A DNA stretch of 64,000 nucleotides from Verrucomicrobiota bacterium (GTDB taxonomy: Bacteria > Verrucomicrobiota > Verrucomicrobiia > Limisphaerales > Palsa-1400). The position numbers were made by a program, and so were the translations under genes. Shown here one piece after another: positions 55,390-64,000 of the stretch (positions are counted from its first letter, which is position 1; the number at the start of each line of letters is the position of its first letter). The notes under the pieces were generated by a model that saw only the letters and a list, made by a program, of their open reading frames with translations, did no database searches and had not been told where the DNA came from. Location of the stretch: contig JBEKYR010000009.1 of the NCBI GenBank assembly GCA_049510745.1, positions 32,001 to 96,000 on the forward strand, in the 5' to 3' direction.

Positions 55390-57297
55390 GTGCAACAGGC
55401 GACTTTGGAGGCGCCTCCTCTGGGCGGCGCGCGCGAGCGGATTGACGCATGGTGTGAACGCGCCATTCTCGCCCTGGTGCTCTTTATCCTTGTCTGGAGC
55501 CCCCTGGCCCTCGGTTCCACCCGTCCCCTGGAATTCCTGGTGATTCAAGGCCTGACGGTTGTGGCGGTGGCGCTCTGGGCGGTGCGGCTCTGGACTCAGC
55601 ACCCCTTCCGGCTGCTATGGCCGCCGATGTGCTGGGCGGTGCTGGCCTTTGTCCTCTACGCCTTGGCCCGTTGTCCCTTGGTGCCGGTGGAATATGTCGG
55701 TCGGCAGCAGTTGACGCATGTCCTGGTTTACGCCGCGTGGTTTGTCGTTGTTCTCAACAACCTGACCCGCCGGGAATCGGCGATGATCGTGAGCCTGACA
55801 CTGATCGCCGTCGGGACGGCGCTTTCCTTCTTCGCCATGTTTCAATTTGCCACGCACTCCCCGAACATTTGGGGAGAACCCCGGCCGGAACAGTATCTCC
55901 CGCGGGGCAGCGGGACTTTTATCAACCCCAACAGCCTGGCCGGCTATCTGGGAATGCTCGTGCCGCTGGCGCTGGCCTATACGGTCATGAGCCGGCTCTC
56001 GGCCACGATCAAGGTCTTGCTGGCTTACAGCGCCGTCGCCATGCTGGTGGGCATCGTCCTCACCGTCTCGCGCGGCGGCTTGGTCGCGGCAAGCGTCGCG
56101 CTGGTGCTCTTTTGCCTGGTTCTGGTCGTGCAGCGGGATTTTTGGCTGCCGGCGATTGTCACCGGCTGTTTGTTGTTGGCGGCGGGTTTTTGCTTCACCA
56201 ACCAGGTCAGTTCCGTGCAGCGACGCTTCGCCCAGGCGTTCCGCAATGATACGGTCGAGGATGATCGGATGTTCTATTGGATGGGCGCCCGGCAATTGTT
56301 CGCCGGCAATAGGCTCTGGGGAGTGGGACCGGGCCACTTCGATGTCGAGTTCCCCAAGGTGCGCCCCACTTCCATTCAAAACCGTCCCGAGTACGCGCAC
56401 AATGATTACCTCAATACGCTCTGCGAATGGGGCGTGGCGGGCATGGCCATTATTGCGGCGGCTTGCGCTTTGCTTTTCTTCGGCGCCTTCAAAGTCTGGC
56501 GCGCCGTGCGCAAAGACCATCATGACCTCGCCTCCAGGCCCAGCGACAGGGCCGCTTTTGTCGTGGGCGCTTCCGCCGGCCTGATCGGCGTCATGCTCCA
56601 TTGCGCGGTGGAGTTCAACATGCAGATCCCCGCCACCGCCATCACGGCCGTCGCGCTCATGGCCCTGCTCACGGCCCAATGGCGCTTTGCCACCGAACAC
56701 TTCTGGCGCAATCCCGGCCGCGTCGGAAAAATCCTCTTGACCGCCCTGGCCGCGGCCGCGGCGGGTTCTCTCGCTCTGAAGGGCCTCCAACGCGGCATCG
56801 AAGCCTGGTGGCTCTGGCGGGCGGATACCGAGACGGCCTCCTGGGAGCAAGTCCTGGCCGACCTGAAGAAGGCGCACCAGGCCGATCCCACCAACGCCGA
56901 AACGGACATTGCGCTGGGCGAGAACTGCCGCCTGCTCAGTCTGGAGGCCAATCCGGGCTATGAAGACAAGGCCAGGGAAGCCATCCAGTGGTTCGACAAA
57001 GCCATGCAGTTGAACCCCTTCGACGCCCTGGCCCCATTGCGCCGCGGCATGTGCCTGGACTGGATTGGACAATCGCAGCAAGCCAGCCCGTTTTTCGATC
57101 TGGCGGCGCGGCGCGACCCCAACGACTCTTACATCGCCACCGAAGTGGGACGCCATTACGTTGCCCTGCGAGAGTACACGATGGCGTCATGGTGGTTCCA
57201 ACGGTCCCTGAACCTCTCCTGGACCCTGTTCGCCTACGAAGAATGGCAACTGGTGGAGAGCCGGATGGGGAACCCCCTTGATAATGCGCCAAAATAG
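55390..57297 (+). CDS. O-antigen ligase family membrane protein with C-terminal TPR
   Basis: GTFINPNSLAGYL, TVSRGG, GVGPG, AHNDYL...EWG; TPR-like helices. Confidence 0.85.
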   Translation: MQQATLEAPPLGGARERIDAWCERAILALVLFILVWSPLALGSTRPLEFLVIQGLTVVAVALWAVRLWTQHPFRLLWPPMCWAVLAFVLYALARCPLVPVEYVGRQQLTHVLVYAAWFVVVLNNLTRRESAMIVSLTLIAVGTALSFFAMFQFATHSPNIWGEPRPEQYLPRGSGTFINPNSLAGYLGMLVPLALAYTVMSRLSATIKVLLAYSAVAMLVGIVLTVSRGGLVAASVALVLFCLVLVVQRDFWLPAIVTGCLLLAAGFCFTNQVSSVQRRFAQAFRNDTVEDDRMFYWMGARQLFAGNRLWGVGPGHFDVEFPKVRPTSIQNRPEYAHNDYLNTLCEWGVAGMAIIAAACALLFFGAFKVWRAVRKDHHDLASRPSDRAAFVVGASAGLIGVMLHCAVEFNMQIPATAITAVALMALLTAQWRFATEHFWRNPGRVGKILLTALAAAAAGSLALKGLQRGIEAWWLWRADTETASWEQVLADLKKAHQADPTNAETDIALGENCRLLSLEANPGYEDKAREAIQWFDKAMQLNPFDALAPLRRGMCLDWIGQSQQASPFFDLAARRDPNDSYIATEVGRHYVALREYTMASWWFQRSLNLSWTLFAYEEWQLVESRMGNPLDNAPK

Positions 57298-57412
57298 GGG
57301 ATCGGACCACGATCAAGCGAAAATCATTTTGCCGCATCCGATACTTGCATTCTGCCCCAAGGCACTCCATGCTGGGGCCGGAAAACAATTTATTGGTCGT
57401 TCTGCAGGTTAG

Positions 57413-59104
57413 ATGAACACATCGCCAGAATCTGAATTGGACCTCGAAAAGCTCTTTCTCCCGGCTTGGGCGCAAGACTCCTCCAAGGTCAACCGCTATG
57501 CCAACTTCGCGGGGGACGACCGGCGCGAACGCTCCTTCGACGACCGCAGAGGCGCCCGCCCGCCCCGCCGCGACAGGCCCGCAGGCCCGAGACCCAGAGG
57601 CCCCCGCCCCGAGGGCGCCGCCCAGGGAAGACGCCGCCCCGAAGCGGCCGGCCCGGCCGAACAGGCTCCCAGGCGCGAACCGCCGCCTCCGCCCCCCGAT
57701 ATCGCCGTCGTTCTCCTTCCGGACGACAAGGGCGTGGAATCGCTCGCCCGCCAGATTCGCGTGACGGGCCGCGCCTATCCTCTATTTGACATCGCCCAAT
57801 TGATTTTGCAGAGACCGGAGCGCCAGCAGGTCCGCTTCGAGGTCAAGAAGAACGCGGAGGGCAAGCCCCTCCAGCCCCTCTTCCTTTGCGCCCTGGACGA
57901 CACCCTCTGGCTCTCCGAGGACGAGGCCGTGGCTCATATCCTGGCCCGCCATTTCGACACCTTCTACCAGGCCGAACGGACGGCGACCGAGCCGCCGCGG
58001 GGAACCTACACCTTCGTCGCCCAATGCGGCCTCAGCGGGGCGATCCTGGGTCCCCCCAACTACCACGATTACCAGAATCAATTGCGCAAACTCCACGCCG
58101 AACGATTCTCCCGCATGCCTTTCGAGGCCTTCAAGGCCCGCGTCAAGATCGTCAAGGACGAGGCCGTCGTCAAAAAATGGATCGAAGATCACAGCTTCAA
58201 GACCGAATACAACTGCCTCAACGTGCCCGAACCGCGCCGCCTGGCCAACCGCGAGGAGTTGGAACGCCATTTCCGCGAAGTCCACCTCCCCAACGTCGTC
58301 AAATCGGTCGATTCCCACACCCTCAGCGGCGCCGCCGCCCGCCAACTCCGCTCGCCCGGTTTGCAGCGCGCCTTGCGCCTCGTCTCCGAGGACCAGCGCC
58401 GCTTCCCCTTGCAGGTCGCCACCGTTTTGAGCCAGCAATTCGCCTCCTACGGTTTGCAGTTCTTCAAGGTCAACCGCACCGTCACCCATGTCTCGGTCGC
58501 CCGGCCCCGCTTTTTGGACCTCGACGCCACCCCGGCTTCCGAAGGTGTCAAGCGCATTGTTCAATTCATCAACGCCCACCCCAAATGCACCCGCCGCATG
58601 TTGCTCGACACCCTGGCCCCTTCACCCGCCCCCGCCGCCGCGCCACCTGCCCCGGCCGGCGCCCCGGCCGGCGCTCCGGCTGACGCCCCAACTCCGCCGC
58701 CCGCCCCCGAAGCCGCGCCGGAACAAACCGCGCTGGCCAGCGATTTGCATTGGCTCGTTCACGAAGGTCACGTCATCGAGTTTGCCAACGGCACCCTGGA
58801 AACCGCCAAACGGCCCGTTCCCAGGCCGCCCAAGCCGGACAAGAAACCCGAAGCAGCCCCCGCCACGGACGCCGCTCCCGCCAGCGCCGAAGCGCCCGCG
58901 GAAACTCCGGCGGCCAGCGCCCTTGAAACCGCTCCGCCCGCTCCGCCCGCAACCGCCGCAGAAGCCGCTCCCGTCGGCGCCGAAGCTCCCGCGGAAGCTC
59001 CGGCGGCCAGCGCCCTTGAAAGCGCGCCGCCCGCTCCGCCCGCAACCGCCGCCGACTCCCCCGCGCCGCCGGCGCCCGGCCCCGCCCCGGAAACCGGCGC
59101 CTGA
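57413..59104 (+). CDS. Conserved hypothetical protein with Pro/Ala-rich tail
   Basis: Strong GC3 bias; globular core (AYPLFDIA, LGPPNYHDYQ, DLHWLVHEGHVIEF). Confidence 0.85.
   Translation: MNTSPESELDLEKLFLPAWAQDSSKVNRYANFAGDDRRERSFDDRRGARPPRRDRPAGPRPRGPRPEGAAQGRRRPEAAGPAEQAPRREPPPPPPDIAVVLLPDDKGVESLARQIRVTGRAYPLFDIAQLILQRPERQQVRFEVKKNAEGKPLQPLFLCALDDTLWLSEDEAVAHILARHFDTFYQAERTATEPPRGTYTFVAQCGLSGAILGPPNYHDYQNQLRKLHAERFSRMPFEAFKARVKIVKDEAVVKKWIEDHSFKTEYNCLNVPEPRRLANREELERHFREVHLPNVVKSVDSHTLSGAAARQLRSPGLQRALRLVSEDQRRFPLQVATVLSQQFASYGLQFFKVNRTVTHVSVARPRFLDLDATPASEGVKRIVQFINAHPKCTRRMLLDTLAPSPAPAAAPPAPAGAPAGAPADAPTPPPAPEAAPEQTALASDLHWLVHEGHVIEFANGTLETAKRPVPRPPKPDKKPEAAPATDAAPASAEAPAETPAASALETAPPAPPATAAEAAPVGAEAPAEAPAASALESAPPAPPATAADSPAPPAPGPAPETGA
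58871..59052 (+). repeat. 93-nt (31-aa) intragenic tandem duplication
   Basis: AAPASAEAPAETPAASALETAPPAPPATAAE / AAPVGAEAPAEAPAASALESAPPAPPATAAD, starting at 58871 and 58964. Confidence 0.85.
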
Positions 59105-59152
59105 CCCTGTCAAACAGCTTGCCCAAACCGGGCAGCCAGACGATCTTACACC

Positions 59153-60385
59153 ATGCCTTTTACTAAATTCGGCCTCTCTCCGGCGACTCTGCAAGGAGTC
59201 AAGGCGATGGGCTTCATCGAACCCACCCCCGTCCAACTGCGGGCCATTCCCTTGATCATGGCCGGCCACGATGTCATCGGCAGCGCCCAAACCGGCACCG
59301 GCAAGACCGCCGCCTTCGCCCTCCCCATCCTCTCCCTGCTCGGCGAGCACGAGCCAAAGACCCGCTGCCTGGTCCTGGAGCCAACCCGCGAATTGGCCGC
59401 CCAGGTCGAAACCGCCATCCACGATTTCGCCCGCTTCACCCGCCTCCGCACCGCCGTCGTTTACGGCGGCGTCGGTTACGGCAAGCAACTCGACGCCCTC
59501 CGCGCCGGCGCCGACGTCATTATCGCCACGCCCGGCCGTCTGCTCGACCACATGGAACGCGGCGCCTGCCGCCTCGATTCCGTCAAATACCTCGTCCTTG
59601 ATGAAGCCGACCGGATGCTCGACATGGGGTTCCTGCCCGATGTCAAGCGCATTGTCCAGAAATGTCCCCGCGAACGCCACACCTCCCTTTTCTCCGCCAC
59701 CATTCCCCCGGAGATCGAGACCTTGATCCAGTGGGCCATGAAAAATCCGCAGACGGTGGAAATCGGCGCCCGCCGCACCCCCGCCGAAACGGTCGAGCAC
59801 GTCATCTACCCCGTTGCCGAGACGCAGAAGCAGGCCCTGCTCCTCGAATTGCTCGAACGCGTCCAATACGAATCGGTCATCGTTTTTTGCCGCACCAAAC
59901 ATCGCGCCGACCAGATCGCCCACCTCCTCAAGAAAAACAACCACGCCGTCGCCGTCCTCCATTCCAACCGCACCCAGCGCGAACGCGAGGACGCCCTGCG
60001 CGGCTTCCGCCAGGGACACTACGAAGCCCTGGTCGCCACCGACATTGCCTCCCGCGGCCTGGACATCGCCGATGTCAGCCACGTTGTCAACTACGACGTG
60101 CCCCAGCATCCGGAAGATTACATCCATCGCATTGGCCGCACCGGCCGGGCCGAGCACTCGGGAGACGCCTTCACCCTGATGGTCGCGGCCGACGCCCCGC
60201 ACGTTTATGCCATCGAGCGGTTCATAGGCAAAAAGATCGTCCGCCTCAAACTCGACAAGTTTGATTATCAGTACACCGCGCTCTTTGAAGAGGAGAAGCC
60301 GGGACAGAAAGGCTCTTTTCCCGGCAAAGTCCGTGGCGCCCGCATCCGTGGCGGCTATTTCTTCGGCCCGGCCCGAAGGCGCTAA
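59153..60385 (+). CDS. DEAD-box RNA helicase (RhlE-like)
   Basis: PTPVQ, AQTGTGKT, PTRELA, TPGR, DEAD, SAT, SRGLD, HRIGRTGR. Confidence 0.95.
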   Translation: MPFTKFGLSPATLQGVKAMGFIEPTPVQLRAIPLIMAGHDVIGSAQTGTGKTAAFALPILSLLGEHEPKTRCLVLEPTRELAAQVETAIHDFARFTRLRTAVVYGGVGYGKQLDALRAGADVIIATPGRLLDHMERGACRLDSVKYLVLDEADRMLDMGFLPDVKRIVQKCPRERHTSLFSATIPPEIETLIQWAMKNPQTVEIGARRTPAETVEHVIYPVAETQKQALLLELLERVQYESVIVFCRTKHRADQIAHLLKKNNHAVAVLHSNRTQREREDALRGFRQGHYEALVATDIASRGLDIADVSHVVNYDVPQHPEDYIHRIGRTGRAEHSGDAFTLMVAADAPHVYAIERFIGKKIVRLKLDKFDYQYTALFEEEKPGQKGSFPGKVRGARIRGGYFFGPARRR

Positions 60386-60692
60386 CCGCAATTCCCGGTT
60401 TTCTTCTAAGTAACTCATTCTGAAGATGCTGGTCAGCAACAACTTGCAAAACTTAGAAAAATGCGCTTTTGGCGGCGGAAATGGTCACAGTTACCTTCCT
60501 CCGCCCGCCACTTGTGGTTGATTTGCTTAATCGTAATCGCAATCGTAATCGTAATCTAGCCTGCTCGAAATCTGTCTTCGATCGGCGGACCCCACATTCG
60601 GTAGGGACGCGGTGCCCCGCCGCTGACCTCTCCCCCGCCAGCGGAACCCCTTCGACAATGAAATTAGGAGCGCGACCGTTTTATCGCGCCGA

Positions 60693-60722
60693 CTCGTCGC
60701 GCCAAAGCAAAGCGACGGCGGA
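60693..60722 (-). repeat. Degenerate REP-like family 1 unit
   Basis: Minus strand TCCGCCGTCGCTTTGCTTTGGCGCGACGAG. Confidence 0.55.
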
Positions 60723-60890
60723 ACCCGAGCGCGCATCATAAGCGTCAGAGCGCATAATGCTTATGCAACTCTCATGGCAAAACCCAGAGGTGCCAGAGAG
60801 GACGCTTGTTTTTAATCCCTGCCTTGTGGCAGCGCTACTCGGTGAGCCGTCACTTTTTTGCCAAATCCGTGAGATGGCTGTGAATTTGGT

Positions 60891-62555
60891 TTACACGGCA
60901 TGGGTACCATAGGTTGGCTCAATTGGGAAATCACGTTCTCCCATCTTCCATGCGCAAAACGCAAGAGACAAAAGAAAAAGCGATTTGAAGACAAACAACG
61001 GCCAAACGAAAAAGAAACATGCCAACCCGATGACGGCGAAACAAATGGCAGAGACTCCGCCCCTCCCTCGTACGCGAGCCAGTCGAACTCCAAAAATTGT
61101 CTTGTCCCCACTGATCTTAAATAGCTTCAAGGCCCTCTTCACACTGAGATATGCAACCAAATCGATAAAGACCACTCCCGCAAATGCGATTTCAGTCTTC
61201 CACCACATGTTCCGGTCGATGCCGACATCATCCAGATAATACCGCCATGCGCAAAGCCCCAAGCAAAGAGCACACAACCAGATTCTGCGCTTGGCCCACA
61301 ACCTCCTCTTGGGTTCAAGTTCGAGAGCCGCTTTAGCTGTGCGTAGCCAATACGCATGATACGTTCGGGCTTCTTTGGCGGGGTCCAGAGATTGCTGTTC
61401 AACAGCCAAAAGCCAAGTCATGGTCGCAACATATTGCTCAAAGCGCCTCGATTGTGGATGCTCTTGATCGCCGATGACGATGACCGAGCTATCCTTCCCA
61501 AAGAGAATAAAGCAGGCGTTCAGAACGGATTCCGGCATGTTCAAGGCGGTCAGCCTGCAAATCACCTCTTTGACTGCAGCGTAGGCCGTTTCTCTCTCCT
61601 TGACGCCGGTCTCCCCCGGCTTCCGCCAAGAGAACATCAAAATAATCCTATTCGGGGGAAGCGTCTTAAACGCTTGTTCGATCTCCCAAAGAAAGTTTTC
61701 AGCTACCGATGATACATTAAATACGGCGAATTGGGATCGCACAAGTCGCAAGGAGACTTCCGCCTGCCACTTCTCATTGGATACGTATACCCGGGCCGCA
61801 CCAAGCTCGGGCAACTCTTCATCCGGTCGTCCGATGGCAACGCAAGGCCCAAGGGTCCTCATACCGTTCACCATGGCCATCTCATACGTCAAGAAACCCG
61901 GGCGCGTTCGTTCCACGGGTAGCTCCAATCCATCATTGATGAAACGTCTCAAGTAAAGGACTTGCGGACGGGGATCGGTCGAGACCGCCATGTCGGCGCT
62001 AGGGGCGGAGAGTTGCTTCCATTCCCGGAGAAATCCATTGCCCCAACGAAAACATTTTGGAAGGACTATCGTATAGATTATTCCCAACAACATTGCCGAG
62101 CGCATGAAGTCGGGAAAATCCTCTGGTGCCTTTTCAATAAAGTAAAAAGGCAGTAGCACTAGAACACTCAAAGCAACTATCCACGCGGCTAACCAACTAA
62201 GGTAGGCTCGCCAAAACTGGGCACGTCGCTCCTCTTGAACAACGAGTGAAAGACCCGTTGCTAGAACCAGAAGCCGTCGCAGAGCGGAGAACGTCTTTAT
62301 GTTGGTGATTAATGCCGGGAAAGGTTGTCGCCATAACCAGAAAGCGAGAGCGCCAATGCAGATTCCGACGACCCACCGATTCGCTTCGGCGATCCACGGA
62401 TAGCGCGAGAATTGGGCTGCAGCACCAAGCAGGGCTCCAGCCAAAGCTGCAATCCAGAATGCTTTTATAGCGTTCAATCGATAGCGAAAATCAACATCAT
62501 CCAAAATCCAATGACAGATGCCCGTCCTTTGGGACCGCCGACGCCGTTGACGGCA
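60891..62555 (-). pseudogene. 5'-truncated multi-TM protein with a central soluble domain (VLYLRRF..AIGRP..GAAR..WQ..WE)
   Basis: Long low-GC open frame with no credible start; its 5' end is fused to the TIR gene. Confidence 0.6.
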
Positions 62556-63364
62556 GTGTCTTCGGAGGCCTGCCGGTCTTCCTTGGTGCCCTGGCTGTAG
62601 AAGCTCCACGCATAGACGCGACGCGCGCGGAACCAGCCCTCGCGCTGGAGGCGCTGAAGCCAGTGTTGGACGAGCATGGTCTTGCCCACGCCGCCCCAAG
62701 CGACGAGGGAAACGATGGCGGTATGCGGTTGGGCATAGGCGAGGTCGAGAAGGGCAAGTTCCTGTTCGCGACCGATGAGTTCTTCCTCGCGCAGGCCGGT
62801 GCTGCGGGTGAGCGGGAATTTGTCGAGGAAGGTTTTGGCTTCGCCAAGTGCGGATTCCGGTGTGCGGAGTGCGGAATACTCTGCAAGGGCGGCATCGCCG
62901 AGTTCTACCGCAATTTCGGTCCCAAGCTGTCGGAGAACATGGTCGCGATTTGTTGGGGACAGCGACACGAGCGGAACCGGTGTGGCTTGTTCACGCGGCT
63001 TGATTTGCAGCGAAGCCAGCCAGGGATTTGCTTCCCAAGCGCATTTCTCGCACAGAATCGGCGCCAAAATCAGGCCCTCCTCTTTGTGACGGCGCTGCAA
63101 TTCCGGCAGTTCATGCTGGAGAACGAATGGGGATTTCAGAAATTCATCGGTCAACAGCAGCACAGCGAGGCGGGCACTGCTCATCGCTTGGTTGATCCGG
63201 GCGTGCCAGTCGTCGCCGAGCTTCGTTTCGTCATCATGCCAAACGTCGAGCAGGTGATGTTTTTCGAAGACAGAGAGTTGCGCGAGGAGGCGGTCCTTCC
63301 AAGCCAAGCCATTTCCTCGATGGCTGTAGCTGATGAAGATGTTGGATGGCTTTGGCTGACTCAT
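62474..63364 (-). pseudogene. TIR domain + truncated STAND/AAA NTPase
   Basis: IFISYSH, VWHD, FLKSPFVLQHEL (TIR); LIGREQEL, AWGGVGKT, WSFYSQG, then an abrupt break before Walker B. Confidence 0.78.
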
Positions 63365-63591
63365 AATCTAAGGCCACAGCCCGAAGACTACTTGGCTGGC
63401 CAAGAATTGTCGAGCGCAATGGGTGGTTGGTTTTGCCATTCGGGGAAGCGGTCGAGGTCGGGCAGTTTGGAGCGGCCGTTGGTCGCGGCGACGAGGACGG
63501 TGAGAAATTCAGCGCGGTGTTCGCCGAGTTGGGGTTTCAAGAACTCGATGAAGTAAGCGATATCCCTGACAAGAATCTGGCGGGTCTCCCC

Positions 63592-64000
63592 TGTACTTTG
63601 TTAGCGTGAAACGCCGGTTGGCTTAGAATGCTAACGCACTCTTTGCCATCAGTTTCTCTGGTTTCACTGACAGTTATCAGAGGGCACGACTTGGAGGACT
63701 CGGCCCCCCAACCTCCCTGCCGGCCTTCCAACCAGTCGTTGGGTGTCACGTATCCGAGAGCGCTGTGCAAGCGCACCAGGTTGTGGTGGTTCACGAACTC
63801 CTGTACCACCCGCCGCGCGTCGGCCAACGTCAGCAGAGTCTTAGGCCCGATGACCTGCTCCTTGAGCGTGCGATGAAAACGCTCCAGTTTGCGTTGGATT
63901 GTTGGATTGGGGATAATGGGGACTGGTGAGCACGTGGCTGGTTTGCCACAAGCGCAGGAACTCTTTGAAGTCCTTGGCCACGAACTGCGGGCCGTTGATG
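63592..64000 (-). mobile_element. Degenerate IS3-family element, right end with frameshifted integrase core
   Basis: NGPQFVAKDFKEFL...SPHYPQSN / KLERFHRTLK...RLHSALGYVTP; 8-bp tandem duplication 63893-63908; terminus ...TTTCACGCTAACAAAGTACA. Confidence 0.85.

Noticed and set aside
60528..60556. (TAATCG)n hexamer run, and the ~9-nt repeats at ~12170-12197 and ~48438-48464, as functional loci
   Set aside because: Short simple repeats with no inverted partner or cargo visible; no function can be supported

Overview
GC-rich bacterial chromosome segment, most likely Verrucomicrobiota (GloVer-repeat protein, prepilin/H-X9-DG protein, GH44 with a verrucomicrobial-type C-terminal tail). Housekeeping and metabolic genes: amrB-amrA fusion, cobB, an alpha-mannoside locus (GH92/MFS/ROK/GH125), tRNA-Ile2(CAT), pstSCAB-phoU-sixA with a Pho box, glnS, leuC, class V aminotransferase and a DEAD-box helicase. 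Small accessory inserts lie between them: a DUF3631 replication-type gene with iteron-like octamers, a HEPN two-gene module, three complete type II TA pairs plus an orphan DUF433, a fused MTase-endonuclease flanked by 20-bp direct repeats, a type IIG R-M enzyme, a truncated TIR-STAND chimera and a dead IS3 end. Most notable: (1) a minus-strand cluster of Ser/Thr kinase, USP, APC permease, PP2C-kinase, degenerate Amt and P-II with two sigma54 promoters, a candidate Hanks-kinase nitrogen-sensing system; (2) a ~30-nt REP-like hairpin that has inserted into copies of itself at the same CT site at three separate loci and once in frame inside a CDS; (3) a ~150-nt intergenic element present twice, with a promoter-overlapping, covarying palindrome; (4) inverted heptamer arrays around a four-helix-bundle gene, plus a gene-less version. 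All family assignments come from recognising motifs by eye; no database searches were run.
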